Shown: positions 49,011-62,292 of the stretch, one piece after another | Layout: every line of letters begins with the position of its first letter | Position numbering within the stretch: position 1 is the first letter of the stretch | DNA from: Rhynchobatus australiae | Taxonomy: Eukaryota | Reading direction: 5' to 3' | Assembly (NCBI GenBank): GCA_034780895.1 | Contig: JAUZTB010000071.1 | Location: 23,477,587 to 23,541,586 of the forward strand | DNA length: 64,000 nucleotides | The notes under the pieces: model-generated | The model's database searches: none | Told to the model about the DNA's origin: nothing | Seen by the model: the letters and a program-made list of their open reading frames with translations, nothing else | Position numbers and translations under genes: made by a program

Positions 49011-49977
49011 GTTTTCTACTTGTTGCTTTATAATGGATAACCTGATTGTTCAGAAGGCTAACACTATTATTTATCTGAATCAATTAATCATGTTCTGCTT
49101 GTAATGTGCCAACAAGGTAATGAGTAAAACAGGTGTATCTTGGAATAATAGGAATACCATCCAAAAGAAATACCTTTCCCATGATTGCATCTTGCCTGAA
49201 TGAACATTGTGTAAAATGGAAGATCCAGATATTACAGAATGAAATGCTTCACCACTTCTGTGATGGAATTTCACAAGTAATGTTCATTTTAAACATTGCT
49301 GTTTCACAAGTATTCAGTCAGTGACACTGAGTTTAAGCAGGTTTAACGAAACCCAGCAAGCATTTAGCCTAGATCATTTCTACAGCAGCTTCTTCGAAAT
49401 CAATGAATTTGACACCAAGACTAAATGAGAAGCTGTTGTTTGAGTGGAATTAAGTCGTTAGTGTGGAAACCACATGAAGTGGAATTGGTTTACATACACG
49501 ACTCTTCGTGGAACCTGAACAGCATGTATGTCGTTCAATAGACACAGACCCATCCCCTCCTCCACTCACTTTCCTGCTTTGATCGCCTGTATTGCATGGT
49601 GTATGATGCTGACAGATCAAAGTAAACGTCACCAACTTAGCTCCTGAAGGAAAAAAGCATCTTGAAAGAAGTAATGAGATTCTAAGCCAGTTGATTGTTT
49701 CCACACCCAGACTACCACCAGGAGGATTATTCCTCACGGTCTCTTCTACAGTCTTTTTGCCGACCAACTTTCAATGTGTTGTCAACTGCAGTTTAACTTG
49801 CCACACTGGCCTTCCAGTGAAGATTGGCATTGGAAATGATGGAAAATTGAATCTTATCAATCACACCGAGTCAGCGTCACATGGAATTACGACATTGCTC
49901 ACTGCCAATTAACCCGACAAAAGGGAATGACAAAAAGTAATCAGAAGATCAAACAGCATCTTAGTTAGGAAATACAA

Positions 49978-51845
49978 AACACAGAACGTAGAACAGTACA
50001 GCACAGGAACACACTCTTTGGCTCACCATGTCTGTGCTGACCATGATGCTAATTTAAGCTGCACGTCTGTCCATATGTGGTTTATACCCCTCTATTCCCT
50101 GAATGTTCATGTGCCTGTCTAAATGCCTCTTAAACATTGTTATTGTATCTGCTTCCACCACTTGCCCTGGCAGAGCATTCCATGTACCACCACTCTCTGT
50201 GTAAAGAACTACATTTGTAAACCTCCTTTAAACTTCCCCCTCTCACCTTAAAGCTATGTCCCAGAGTGTTTGACATTTCCACCTTGGGAAAAAGACTCTG
50301 ACTAGGGACCTTATCTTGCCCTCTCATAATTGCAGATACTTTAATCAGGTTGCCCCTCAGCCTCCGACACTCCAGAGNNNNNNNNNNNNNNNNNNNNNNN
50401 NNNNNNNNNNNNNNNNNNNNNNNNNNNNNNNNNNNNNNNNNNNNNNNNNNNNNNNNNNNNNNNNNNNNNNNNNNNNNGCCCCTCAGCCTCCGACACTCCA
50501 GAGAAAACAATCCAAGTTTGTCCAACCTCTCCTTATAGCTAATCCCCTCTAATCCGGGCAACATCCTGGTGAACCTCTTCAGTGGCATCTCCAAAGCCTT
50601 CCTGTAATAATGGAATTGAACACAGTACCCCCAAATGTAGCCTAACCAAAGATTTGTTCAGCCACAACATATCATCCCGACTTTTATACTCAATGCCCCT
50701 GACCAATGAAGGCAACTATTCCGTATGCCTTCCTTACCACCCTATCCAATTGTGTTGCCACAGCCCAAGTTCCCTTTGTACAACAGTGCTCCTCAAGAGT
50801 CCTGCCAGTTAGTGCATGCTTTCCTCTTATATTTGACCTCCCAAAGTACAACACCTCACACTTGTCTGAATTAAACTCCATCTATATCCTGCTGGATCCT
50901 TTGACGTCCTTCCTCACTATCCACGATGTTTGTATCATCTTACTAATCAGCCCCTCTACACTTTCATCCAAATCACAAACAATAGAGGTCCCAGCATTGA
51001 TCCCTGTCGAACACCACTGGTCACAGACCTCCGGTCAGAATAACATCCCTCTACCACTACCTTCTATGGTTAATGCAGTTTTGAATCCTATCTACTGATC
51101 ACCGTGGATCCCATGTGGCTTAATCTTATGTATCAGACTACCATGAGGGACATTGTCAAATGTTTTACTGAAGTTCATGTAGACAACATCCACTGCCCCA
51201 CCCTCATCAATTGTCTTCATCACCTCCTCAAAAAACTCAATCAAGTTTGTAAGACATGACCTCCCTAACATGAAGCCAACCTGACAATTCATAATAAGTC
51301 AATGCTGCTCCAAATGTGAGCAGATACTATCCCCAAGAACCTTCTCCAATAATTTCCTTACCACTGACGTAAGGCTCACTAGCCTAATATTTCCTGGTTT
51401 GTCCCTATTGACCTTCTTAAACAAAGGAACAACACTGATTATTCTCCAGTCCTCTGGGACCTGACCTGTAGCTAAAGAGGATACAAAGATCCATCACAGC
51501 CCGAGCAATCTCCTCTCTTGTCTCCCTCAATAACCTGTGATAGATCCTATCAGGCCCTGGGAGTTTATCCACTTGAATGTTTTCCAAGAGTCCCGACACC
51601 TCTTTTTTGATATGAACATTCCCTAGAATATCAGTATATCCCTCCATAATCTTATTATCCTCCATATCCTTCTTCTTGGTGAATACCAACGCAAAGTACA
51701 CATTTAGTACCCCACCTATTTCCTCTGGCCCCAGGCATAAATTCCCTCCTTTATCTCTGAGCCTCCCCTAGTTACCCTCTTGTTTTAAATGTATGTATAA
51801 AATGCCTTGGGATTTTCCTTAATCCTACTCACCAAGGACATTTCA
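49978..51845 (-). mobile_element. CR1 (HER1-like) LINE, RT to 3' UTR
   Basis: GRSCLTNLIEFFEEV...VDVVYMNFSKTFDNVPH; MEFNSDKCEVLYFG; RLDKLGLFSLECRRLRG; PGPDRIYHRLLRE. Confidence 0.94.
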
Positions 51846-52324
51846 AGTTTTTTGCAAGCTAAAATTTCAGGTGGGGCTCTTTCATTGAACTAGGTGGAAC
51901 AATGGAGGATTCTCACCTGAAACATTACAATCTTCCTCCAATGGTGCTGTATTTGCTGTTGTTCTTCAGTGCTCATCTTTCTTGTTATCTCCTAGAAAAG
52001 ACCATATATAATATTGGGCTGAATTTAGACTCTCTTATGGGGGAATGGCAATTGCAGGGAATGTGAGAGAGGCAGGACTATAACGTGTAGTCAGCCTCTG
52101 ACCCATGCTCCCTTTGAGAGTAGTTTCACCACACAGGGGCGGTTTGTAGAAGCAAAGTATTTTATTTATTTACGACTGCAGAAAATGGTTTAATAGTCTG
52201 AAAATCCACATCTGCTTGCAAGTATGGTCAGACAACCTGACAAATTTCCACCCAGAGAAAGATGAAAAAAAAAATTAGGGAACTGGATTGTGATTTGAAA
52301 ATGCATCCTGCACAGATTCTGGGA

Positions 52325-52395
52325 TCTGAAACGTTAACTATTTCTCCCTCTACAGATGATGCCTGACCTGCTGAGTATTTTCAGTATCTTCAGGT
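52325..52395 (+). mobile_element. Penelope-derived short element fragment
   Basis: ctgaaacgttaactatttctccctctacagatgatgcctgacctgctgag. Confidence 0.7.
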
Positions 52396-53299
52396 TCACT
52401 TCAGGGACCCTTCCAACAGGAGATGTGCAGGAAGTTCTCACAGTAAACTCAGCAGGTGCACCTAGGCTGTGGGATGAGAGTGCAAGACACAGGCCAATTC
52501 TGATTTCAAAGGCATTTTCCAAGTCCAGCCAATGGCTTATCTTCAGTTCCCACATCTGAACACTGCCCTAAACAGAATGAAGGACCCATAACCACTATTA
52601 CATAGAGGGATGGTGAAGGAGTTTTGGCTAATTGCTGGGTTATTGCATCTGGCAAGCTTTGATTATAACAATGAAGGAAACTGAACCGCACCTCCTGGCA
52701 TAGGTGGCTGTCAGATTTGGTGTTCAGAAAACTTCAAAAATGATGAAAATTTAATTNNNNNNNNNNNNNNAACAAAACCACACTATTGGCTTAGCTGCTA
52801 TCAAACCTAATGTTCAGAAAGACTCTGAAATGATTAAGATGCAATTAATCGATAAAACTACATAAAAATGACTGAAATTCTAAAAAATAATTACTAAAAC
52901 ATTCAAGGGCAATTAGAAATAATTAAAAACACTTTATGTTTTCAGGCAGACTTCCAGAGAAATTGCTGCAATTCAGACTAGGTCGGTTGGGGGTGTGGGT
53001 GCGGGTGGACTTGGACTCCATGAGGAATCCATCATCAGAGCACAGTCAGAAGGCACTGGTAAGCAGTGCCAACAGGTTCAAGACTTGATTCAAACATGCA
53101 AAAACAGGAATCCAGAAACTGGTGGTACTTGCATAGAGAAATTGGAGCAGCTCCAATATGTTTTGCAATCCACCTTCATAACAATCGGGAAAGCTGTTGG
53201 CTTGGGGTTTGGAACTGAAGATTTATAAACTTCCTCCAACCACTGTCTCCTCTCCCTACTCCTGCTTTTCTTGTCAGTGGGCCAGGGGAGATTTTTTTT

Positions 53300-53535
53300 G
53301 TGGTATCATTTATGGGCTGTGGGCATCGTTGATATTTAGAGCCCATCCCTAATTGTCCTTGAGAAGGTGGTGACTTGCTGGATTGGGGGAGTTATGAATC
53401 CATCACACTGCTATGGACCTGGAGTTATATTTAGGCTGGACTGGATAATGGCTGCAACTCCCCTTCCTTGATGGACATCCGTGAAGCAGATGGGTTTTTA
53501 CAACAATCTGTTGTTTATGGTCACTATTACAAGAT
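53300..53535 (-). mobile_element. Old CR1/L2-clade LINE/SINE 3' tail
   Basis: gcccatccctaattgtccttgagaaggtggtg; gatgggtttttacaacaatc. Confidence 0.6.
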
Positions 53536-54649
53536 AATAACTTGACCGTGCAGCCAGCCTCAATGTTTATGGGTGGTTAAGAACATCTTCCTCCATTCAA
53601 CCCTACTGCACAAATAAAAGGCTTTCTCAGTAATAAAACTTTACCTCTGGAAAATGGTTGCTATGTATTATCTTACAGTTAATTGCTTGAATTCCTTTCC
53701 TATTGCAAGTAATATTTTACCCATGAGAATTTACAAAAATAAAGGCTTAGAATTCACTTGCATTCAAAAATTTGTGTCAACTTTAATCTTTTACATTGAT
53801 GACTGAATGATTTCCTAACTATAGCAGAAAAGCCAATATCAGACAGTCGAACAAGCTATTGGTGATAGATGAGTCAAAAATCATTCTTCTAGTATCTCAT
53901 GTACGTAAAGCAGCCACAAAAATGTTGTCCAGTTCCTATACAGATGGTGTCTGTCTTCTGTAAAGACATACAATGACATCTGTTTGATACCCATGTGGTT
54001 CATTTATACATTCCAGCTATTGTTACCCTTTACACTCTGGGTCAGAATAAGTGGTTTGCTTTTCTGATCAGTAAAAAAGGCCGTTCTTTTATTTTTTTCT
54101 CATTACTTAACACACAAGACAGCCTTTATTCTTTTTATTATCCACATGATGAGAAAATGCAGCTGGGTTTGGGTGGAGATGATTTTATAGAATTTCTTTA
54201 ACCCAGTACTCAGAATCAGCACACCATTAAAAGTGGCAGCTCAATGTACATTTCTCTAGATTTGGGAAACTATCCTGGCCTCTGCACTATCTCTAATTTG
54301 GCACAGGCCATACATCTTCAGTAAAGTGATTGAAGAAAGCAGTTTATTGCAACACAGTTACTCGCAGGCCACACGCCGTGATGAAAGTACTTGGCGAGAC
54401 CAAATTGGGAACCTTCCCCCACAAAGACACAGTATAACCCGACTCATTTCAGACAGAGACTCCATTCCTTAGCCATCAACTCCATTCTCTTCTCTCCTTG
54501 GTAAGTGTCTATGGTTTTGCCAGATTTTCTATAACACTGAGGTCACATTTGACCCAAAAATGAACTCCAGCACATCATCACAAATACTCTTTTCACAGTA
54601 ACCTTCCCTGATCCTAAGTTTGTCTGAGTTCCTTTGCTTGTTGAAGCCG

Positions 54650-54975
54650 ACTTATACTTGACTATTTAATGCATGCCTCGTCTGCCTCTGACATGTTACC
54701 ATCCATAAGCTTGAACTCATCCAAAACTCTGCTTTCATGCCCTAGTTACTTTTCAGTTGCCTTCAGCATTTACTCTTGCTCTTGCTGACCTGCACTTTGC
54801 TCTGGATAAGCGATTTCCCAATTCTAAAATGCTCATGTTTACCCTTAACCATCTCCGTAATCTCCTTCAGCCCCATCGTCCTCTGAGATATCTATGCTCC
54901 TTGGGCCTCGACATCTTGACCACCAATGATATTAACCTCTTCACACTTAGCCTTCTGCTGCCAAGGACCAAAGGC
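54650..54975 (+). mobile_element. L2 LINE 3' fragment
   Basis: cttgactat...cttgaactcatccaaaactctgct (LDY...LELIQNSA); taatctccttcagccc. Confidence 0.6.
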
Positions 54976-55199
54976 TTGTTTTTCTATGTATTGCTGAGCT
55001 GAGTATAAATCCTATAGAGCTCGAGTTATAATAATTAACTAAACTAGAATCAAAGAGAAAAGAGGTTTGAGGAAAAGCAGAATGAAGACAAAGAGAAAGG
55101 GAGAGGAGCAAGAGAACAGTAGTGAGAGAGAAAGGTTACAGTTGTGTCGAATCAAATAACAACCACCCTGGATTGTCATTCATAAGATATTAGCAATAA

Positions 55200-55362
55200 G
55201 CAAAAAAACTGCTGGGAAGCTGAAATAGAAAGAGTAAATAATGGAGATACACAACAGGTCAGGCAGCCCAGGAGAAAACAGGCTTAATGTTCGGATGAAA
55301 GGTCATTAACCTGTAATGTTAATACTGTTGTTCTCTCCACAGATGCTGCCTGACCTGCTGCA
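55200..55362. mobile_element. Head-to-head dimer of the Penelope-derived element, no spacer
   Basis: caacaggtcaggcagc (minus) facing gatgctgcctgacctgctg (plus). Confidence 0.7.
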
Positions 55363-55499
55363 AATCACAAGTATACATTTTTTTTTATCTACAAATGAGA
55401 GGTAACCACTCTTGGTCCAGACATCCTAGACTTGGACAGATGGTAACATGCCTCATTAACTGCTAATCTGATGTGAATTACTGCAACAATTGGCAGAAA

Positions 55500-55705
55500 T
55501 CAAACCTGCCCTCGGTTGGATTTGTTATCATGTTCAGCAAAGCGCCAGGTAAATGATCCATCTCGGCTTCCTCCTCCATCATAGAAGCCAGCCTTCAGTC
55601 CATTTGATTCACTCCATGTAATAGCAAGATGTGGCTGAGGCTACTGGATAGGAAAGGTTATGGGACTAGACAACATTCAAACTGTGGTGGTGAAGAATGT
55701 TGTTT
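55500..55705 (+). mobile_element. Old CR1/L2-clade LINE, RT N-terminal fragment
   Basis: gatccatctcggcttcctcc...gccagccttcagtcc...gattcactcc...atgggactagacaacatt (decayed MGPDNI). Confidence 0.6.
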
Positions 55706-55779
55706 CATGTGTAAAGATGTTCCATAAATACAAGTCCCTTATAGTTAGTACTTATTTACCAGCTATTTATTGCTCATCT

Positions 55780-56300
55780 AATTTGTCCTTCAGAAGTGAG
55801 TGGTGAGCCATCTATTGAAGTTCTTCTGTTGACATTGTGCTGATGGTTAGGACTTTCCAGATACAGACCCAGTGACAATGAAGGAACAGTGATGTGTTTC
55901 CAGGAAATGTTAGTGTGTGACTTGGAGGGGAACATTACAGTGTTGTGTTTGTCCTTCAGATGGAAATAAACAGGTGATTGAGAAGTGCTCTTGCAGAAGG
56001 CTTGACAGGTTGCCATAGTGCATTTTATAAATGTAACCCAGTGCAACAATTGAAAGCCAATGTTGGGGAGGTGAATGTTGAGAATGGGTAGGATTGGATA
56101 TCAGTCAAGTTGGGTCCTTGTGTGTTGTTGGAGCTGTGCTCACTGAGACAAGCAAGTCACATCCTGGACTGTGGATGATGGAAAAGCTTTATAGAACCAG
56201 GAGGTGGGTCACTCACAGCAAGACATCCAGCATCAGGTTGCTCTTGGAGACAATTTCCATGAATGGTTCAGTTATGAGTTTTGTGAATGGTGATCATTGA
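55780..56300 (-). mobile_element. Old CR1/L2-clade LINE 3' fragment
   Basis: gacccagtgacaatgaaggaacagtgat; ttgttggagctg; ccaggaggtgggtcactcac. Confidence 0.6.
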
Positions 56301-57279
56301 AGAGTGGACTGTCAATTGTAGGGCCCCAACACTTCTCCTAACTTACAATCAACCAACTCAGTACAAATGAAAAATCAAAGCCGATGGTTTGGAGGGAGGA
56401 AGCCTAAATCAAGTGCCATGCATTTACATTAATAAGCCACCAAAACAGGGCTGGTGACTTCATTCATCAGGAAGAAAAATGATTGGGTATCAACAAGAAC
56501 AAATGAAGATAAATAACAAGTGTTATAGTTGATACATAAGCATTGAATTATATATATGATTTCAAAAGTACAAACAGCATTGACTATAAGTCTACTAGTC
56601 TACCACTTGGGATCTAATCTTGCTTGATCTTGATACTACCACCCTAGTGAGGGTTCTGAGCATCCTCTCAGCCCATGGGTGGTTCCTAGTTACAGAATCT
56701 TAGATTGGCAGGGTTAATGGCAGAAGACATGCATTTATTTTCATTTTTGTTTTGTTCATGGCAAGAAATCTCAGGCACTAAAGAAGCATCAGTGCAGCTG
56801 GAACATGTTAGTGGCCACGTGATATAAATAAAATCTACAGCCTCTTCAGAACTTGGCTCCCCCTCCCATCCCTGCTAGTTATTCCCATTATAAATTATTG
56901 TGTCAGAAAGCAGAATGAGTTGCAAGAAATGACACAGATCTTCCCAGTATGCACATGCTCTATGCTGTAATTCCAAACATTATAATCAATAACAGATCAA
57001 ATGTGGGAGAAGCGAAAGAACGAATAAATCTACTGCACAATTGCCATTAATTTATCATTCTGACNNNNNNNNNNNNNNNNNNNNNNNNNNNNNNNNNNNN
57101 NNNNNNNNNNNNNNNGTAACGTGAATCGTTGAGAATACCGAAAGGTGCTGGGAATGAAATACATGGTGGTGGTCAGCACAATTGGATAATTGCGGAATTG
57201 AATGTTGGCACAAGACCTCACTCTTCTCCACATCACTGAGGATCTTTCCATGAACAGTGAAATATCGCTCCTGGATTGT

Positions 57280-57600
57280 GAGCATCACCAGTTTAGCCAA
57301 CGTTTATTGTCTGTTCTCATTTGCCTTGAGAAAGTGACTGTGAGATGCTGTCTTGAACTGCTGGAGTCTTACTGTTGAAAATGTCCATGGGTCACTACAA
57401 CACTGATAGGCAGGATTACAGGTTAACTGTTTGATACAACTTAGTAGCTTGCCTGGTTACTTCAGATGACAATTAATTGTCAATCATTTTGGTTTGTGAC
57501 TGAATCACTTATCGGTCAGACTGGGTGAAGGCAGAAGGTTAGACTGAAGGGAATTGATGAACCAGTTAGGTTTTATGCCAATCCAACAGCTTCATGTTCA
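57280..57600 (-). mobile_element. Old CR1/L2-clade tail fragment
   Basis: tttattgtc...ttgccttgagaaag...tcttgaactgctg; gaaccagttaggtttt. Confidence 0.5.
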
Positions 57601-59199
57601 ATTTACACAAGGATATGAAGAACGATGAGAAATTGGGCTTGCACAAATGCATTGCTAATTAAATGCATTGAGTGGTGAGGCATTGAATCATCTACACCAG
57701 AACACCCAGCCCAACACTGCTTTGCCCTGCTCCAGTGATGGGGATTTTACAGTTAGTCTCAGGATGAAGACTTGGAGGGTGAAAAGTCAATATCTATGAT
57801 TGTTAATAACCACTCTCTTTTGGTCTATGTGCCTGCAATTTGAACAAAAGTGGAACTGGCTTCACTCCGTCCTTTTCAGTTAAAATCATAACTGATGATC
57901 ACTACCCCAGAACAATTATTATTGGAATTGTAGGATCAGGCACCAGCATTAAATAGTAATTTTGCAGAGAAAAGAAGAGGGAAATATAAAAGAATCTCAG
58001 CCTATCTGGGTGATTGTGGTTTTTATCCTGGCTCCTGTGTTACTCAAATAAGGTAGTTCAAATTCCAGCAACAACTTTACCGTATAACCCCACCTACACT
58101 TCTCAAGGGCTTCAAGGTAAATTTAAGGTCATGTATTTTGCTCAGTGACTGAGAGGGAGATTATTCAGCAACCAATTATCTGTCACAGAAGCCAGGTTTC
58201 ATTCTATGTTGGGTAATTTTAAACCCGGTTCTGGAGGTGAAAAGACTGGGAAATAAACTCTTGTCCTGCTTACATTACTGCATTTGGAATCAATCTGTCA
58301 ATGGGATAAATCTGTTGAGGTTGGTCCTTTTCCTTGGGTAATCTTACAACTAGTCCTAAACATCATAAATAGCACAGTGAACTGCATTGTTGGTGTAGCA
58401 GAGATCAATGACATTAATACAGGATTTATTGTGCCCTTCCTTAGAAACTTCAAGTGGAGCTTAGGAAAGAACTAGTGCAGCTGGAGCATATCATAACCCA
58501 TGTTATATAAATAAAATCTTTTGTGTTTTAGAAACTTGGCTTTTCTCTGTGATAACTATCTGTGTTATTAATTGTTGTGACAGAAAAGAAAATGTCATAA
58601 GAATGATAAAGATCACTGAAACTTCAATTGAATGCAAGAGTTTTCCCAGGAGTTAACTATATGTAGGGAGCCGGCTTCAAAGCTTCTCCTACAGGTATGA
58701 AAGTTTATCATGGTGTGGGCCACTAACACAGATAAAATGAAGATCAAGTCCCACCTTGACAAGTTGGNNNNNNNNNNNNNNNNNNNNNNNNNNNNNNNNN
58801 NNNNNNNNNNNNNNNNNNNNNNNNNNNNNNNNNNNNNNNNNNNNNNNNNNNNNNNNNNNNNNNNNNNNNNNNNNNNNNNNNNNNNNNNNNNNNNNNNNNN
58901 NNNNNNNNNNNNNNNNNNNNNNNNNNNNNNNNNNNNNNNNNNNNNNNNNNNNNNNNNNNNNNNNNNNNNNNNNNNNNNNNNNNNNNNNNNNNNNNNNNNN
59001 NNNNNNNNNNNNNNNNNNNNNNNNNNNNNNNNNNNNNNNNNNNNNNNNNNNNNNNNNNNNNNNNNNNNNNNNNNNNNNNNNNNNNNNNNNNNNNNNNNNN
59101 NNNNNNNNNNNNNNNNNNNNNNNNNNNNNNNNNNNNNNNNNNNNNNNNNNNNNNNNNNNNNNNNNNNNNNNNNNNNNNNNNNNNNNNNNNNNNNNNNTA

Positions 59200-59595
59200 T
59201 GTTTTGACGTCCCTCAATGTCAATCACTTACAGCTGCTTCATCAGTGACCTTCCTTTCATCACACCTTGCGTTCTGGTATAGAAAATGGGTTAATCTGTG
59301 CTCATAGCAAAGTTGGACAAGTTGCACTTGGCCTTGCAAGTGGCAGGGAACATTGCAGCACACAGGTGCCGAAGAATGATCATCTCCAACAAGAGAGAAC
59401 CTAAATCTCTGACTTTTAATAGCATACCACATCAAATCCACAGCCATTATTACTATGCAGGTCATTAATGCTCAGAAAATTGATCAAACCAGCCATATTA
59501 ATACAGCGGCTGCAAGAGCAGGTCAAAGGGCTGTGTATCCTCACCACTTGAAGTCCCAATGTTTTTTTGCCATCTACAAACAACAAGCACCTGAC
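59200..59595 (+). mobile_element. Old CR1/L2-clade LINE RT fragment
   Basis: agctgcttcatcagtgaccttcct (SCFISDLP); caagtggcagg; catctccaacaagagag. Confidence 0.6.
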
Positions 59596-59597
59596 AA

Positions 59598-59830
59598 CAT
59601 GATGGTGCAGCAGTTAATGCTGCTGCCTCACAGGTCCGGGACCTTTGAGAGTTGTCTGTGTCAAATTTCCCCATTCTCTTTATGACCAGGTGGGGTTTCT
59701 ATAGGGTCATCTGGCTTGCTGCCACATCCCAAGGAAGTGTTGGTTGGTTAATCGGCTACTGTATGTTACCCTTCAGTGTAAACAAAAGAATCAATGGGGA
59801 GTTGATGGGCTTGAAAAAGAATAAGTTATT
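59598..59830 (+). mobile_element. V-SINE, diverged
   Basis: atggtgcagcagttaatgctgctgcctcacag; ccacatcccaagg; ggttaatcggctactgt. Confidence 0.75.
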
Positions 59831-59847
59831 GGGCTACAAGCAGAGAA

Positions 59848-60110
59848 GGAAACAAAGGACTGCAGGTGCTGAATCTAGATGAAAAACACTATGATGCTGG
59901 AGGAACTCAACAGGCCAGGCAGCATCCGTGGAGAAAAGCAGGCAGTCAACATTTCAGGTCAGGAAATGGAAGCCGGAGGGCAGAAGCTGGGAAAGGCTTC
60001 TGCCCCCTTCCTTTCCAATCCTGATGAAGCGTCTCGACCCGAAATGCCGACTGTTCATTTCCCTCCATAGATGCTGCCTGACCTGCTTAATTCCTTGTGC
60101 GTGTTGCTCA
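59848..60110. mobile_element. Head-to-head dimer of the Penelope-derived element with central hairpin
   Basis: Minus copy 59848-59964, hairpin 59962-60016, plus copy with ctgatga (60021-60027) and gaaa (60041-60044). Confidence 0.82.
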
Positions 60111-62167
60111 TTCTGTGATCGTTTTGCGATTCTGGTAATTGTAGGGAGTAAGAGTACATTGGTGGATGTTTCTGGAAGGGATTGGGAGAGGATCTTATTT
60201 TCCTGTGCTACCTGTATTCATTTGAACTCTGCTTGTTACAGATCTTTAGTGCAGTAGTGGCCTCTCTGCAATATTCTATACTCAGAAGATCCCATGCAGT
60301 CAGATAACATACTGAAAGCCACAATATGTGCAAAGATCTTGATCCCAACCAGAAGCACATAAAGATTAAAAAAAAAATCTGAGAAACAGATAACATTTAA
60401 CTCTGGATAAAACAGATTCCTCATAAGAGCATAATTCTGCTACAGGCACAATGTTCCACTTCCACTCTACAAAATTCCATGAGAGAAAACCACTTCTAAT
60501 TCCCTCCCATGATACAGAATTCCCAAAGGGTTGTTCTACTTCCTATTAATTTCTGACCTGTGCATAAAATTTAAACATCCTGACATCTACATAAAAGATC
60601 CTTATGTTTCAGTAGCCAGTCATATTTCACTCAGTCAGAGAAGCTTACAAAAAATATTCTCTCTTTAAGATGTTTAATTTAGATAGTTCAAGTGTGAGTG
60701 CTTAAAGTGCAAATATTATGATTTTGTTTTTCAGATCAGCATTTTCAAATTTTAATCTGAATGTGGTTCCAATCCAGGAATCGTTTTCAACAAACAAATG
60801 TTTGGTTAGGATTATCTGGATTGCTTCTGAGGCTGATTGAAAACATGTGTAAATCCAGAATTAAACTCACTCCACCAGTGAATTGGCACTTCAGGAAAAA
60901 CCTTTCATTAACTTTTACCAAATTTAAGAAACCAGACTATTGTGGAACAGCCAGCTCCAAATCTGTTTTGTCAGTTCTTTTTAAATAAATGATGACTTGG
61001 TGGTATGCCTCACTATTGATCTAAAGAGGACATCATTGTTTTCTTAATTGATTTAACAGTTTTGTCAGGAAGTGAAACAATATTATTTCTGTTTTTTTTC
61101 TTTCCCAAATTTTGATCTCTTTTCTCCCATCTTTGAACTCATTCCAAGCTTTGAACCCTTGAATGCCCAAAGCCCTTGGTAGTTTACACTAAGTGGTTGA
61201 CCTCAATTCATGAACTTGCTCAGTGATTGTTCGAAAACAACTTGGCTGGAGGCGCCAAAGCTCCAGCCAAGACTAACAACCATGCCCTCTCTAGGAAGGA
61301 AAGTAGGGTTGAAAGAGGATACCTGTGCCAATCATGGTTNNNNNNNNNNNNNNNNNNNNNNNNNNNNNNNNNNNNNNNNNNNNNNNNNNNNNNNNNNNNN
61401 NNNNNNNNNNNNNNNNNNNNNNNNNNNNNNNNNNNNNNNCATGGTTCAAGCTTTGAAGGTTTACTGCCTGTATGTAGCTCAACATCACATTACATATCAT
61501 AATTACCAGTGAAAAATGTAAAGCCTTTAGTATTTTAACTCTTGAGTTTGTAATTACATGGTAAATTTTTCTGATATCAAACAAAGAAAACTGCTACATT
61601 GCTAATGATGCATTAGGGATGTTCTCACCTCATAGCCACATGAATTATGCATAATTATGAGCATGTCTTTGGTGCAGTGCTGGCCTCCCGCCTATGTCCT
61701 CTTCCCAGAAGATTTCATGCCATCTGGATAATGCAACAAAAAACCACAACATTTGCAAAAACATTGATCCCATCCAGAAACAGAAATACCAGGGACCCAA
61801 GTGGTGTTTCCTCACACAACAGTGAGGTTCAGCAGGTGGAGATCGGAATTCTGGTAGGATCTGTGGATTAACAGCTTTCCCCTCAGAATCCCACTGCAGC
61901 CAAACTATGCTGGAGCCTCTGTGAACACATCCGTGCCGGGTCTCTGATTTGAGAGGGGAAATCCCACGCTGAGAATTGTTCTTGGAACAGGAGACATGGA
62001 AACCTTGTGTGGGGTCTTGATATAAATTATCTGCACTCACTAATCACTCTTGTTAGATATTACCAAGAGTAATACAGAATCTCATAAAGGGAGCTGATGA
62101 TAGAAAACCCAAAATATCTGTTGGTGCCAAGGGCTGACTACCAAACAGTTCAACGTGGCCTTGTTTC

Positions 62168-62292
62168 TGAGGCAGGGTCTCAGTCTGAAACTGAGACAAT
62201 TTCTTTCCCCCAACAAATGCTGCTTGACTGACTGAGTTCCTCCAGCAGACAGTTTGTTGCTCCAGATTCCAGCAGCTGCCATCTCATGTCTC
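62168..62292 (+). mobile_element. Penelope-derived short element, 17-bp TSD
   Basis: caacgtggccttgtttc 62151-62167 vs caacatggccatgtttc 62293-62309 (15/17); agggtctcagtctgaaac. Confidence 0.8.

Noticed and set aside
6301-62292. Recurrent gatgctgcctgacctgctgag motif as CRISPR repeat or snRNA family
   Set aside because: Dispersed, on both strands, diverged, with TSDs and no regular spacers; it is a retroelement.
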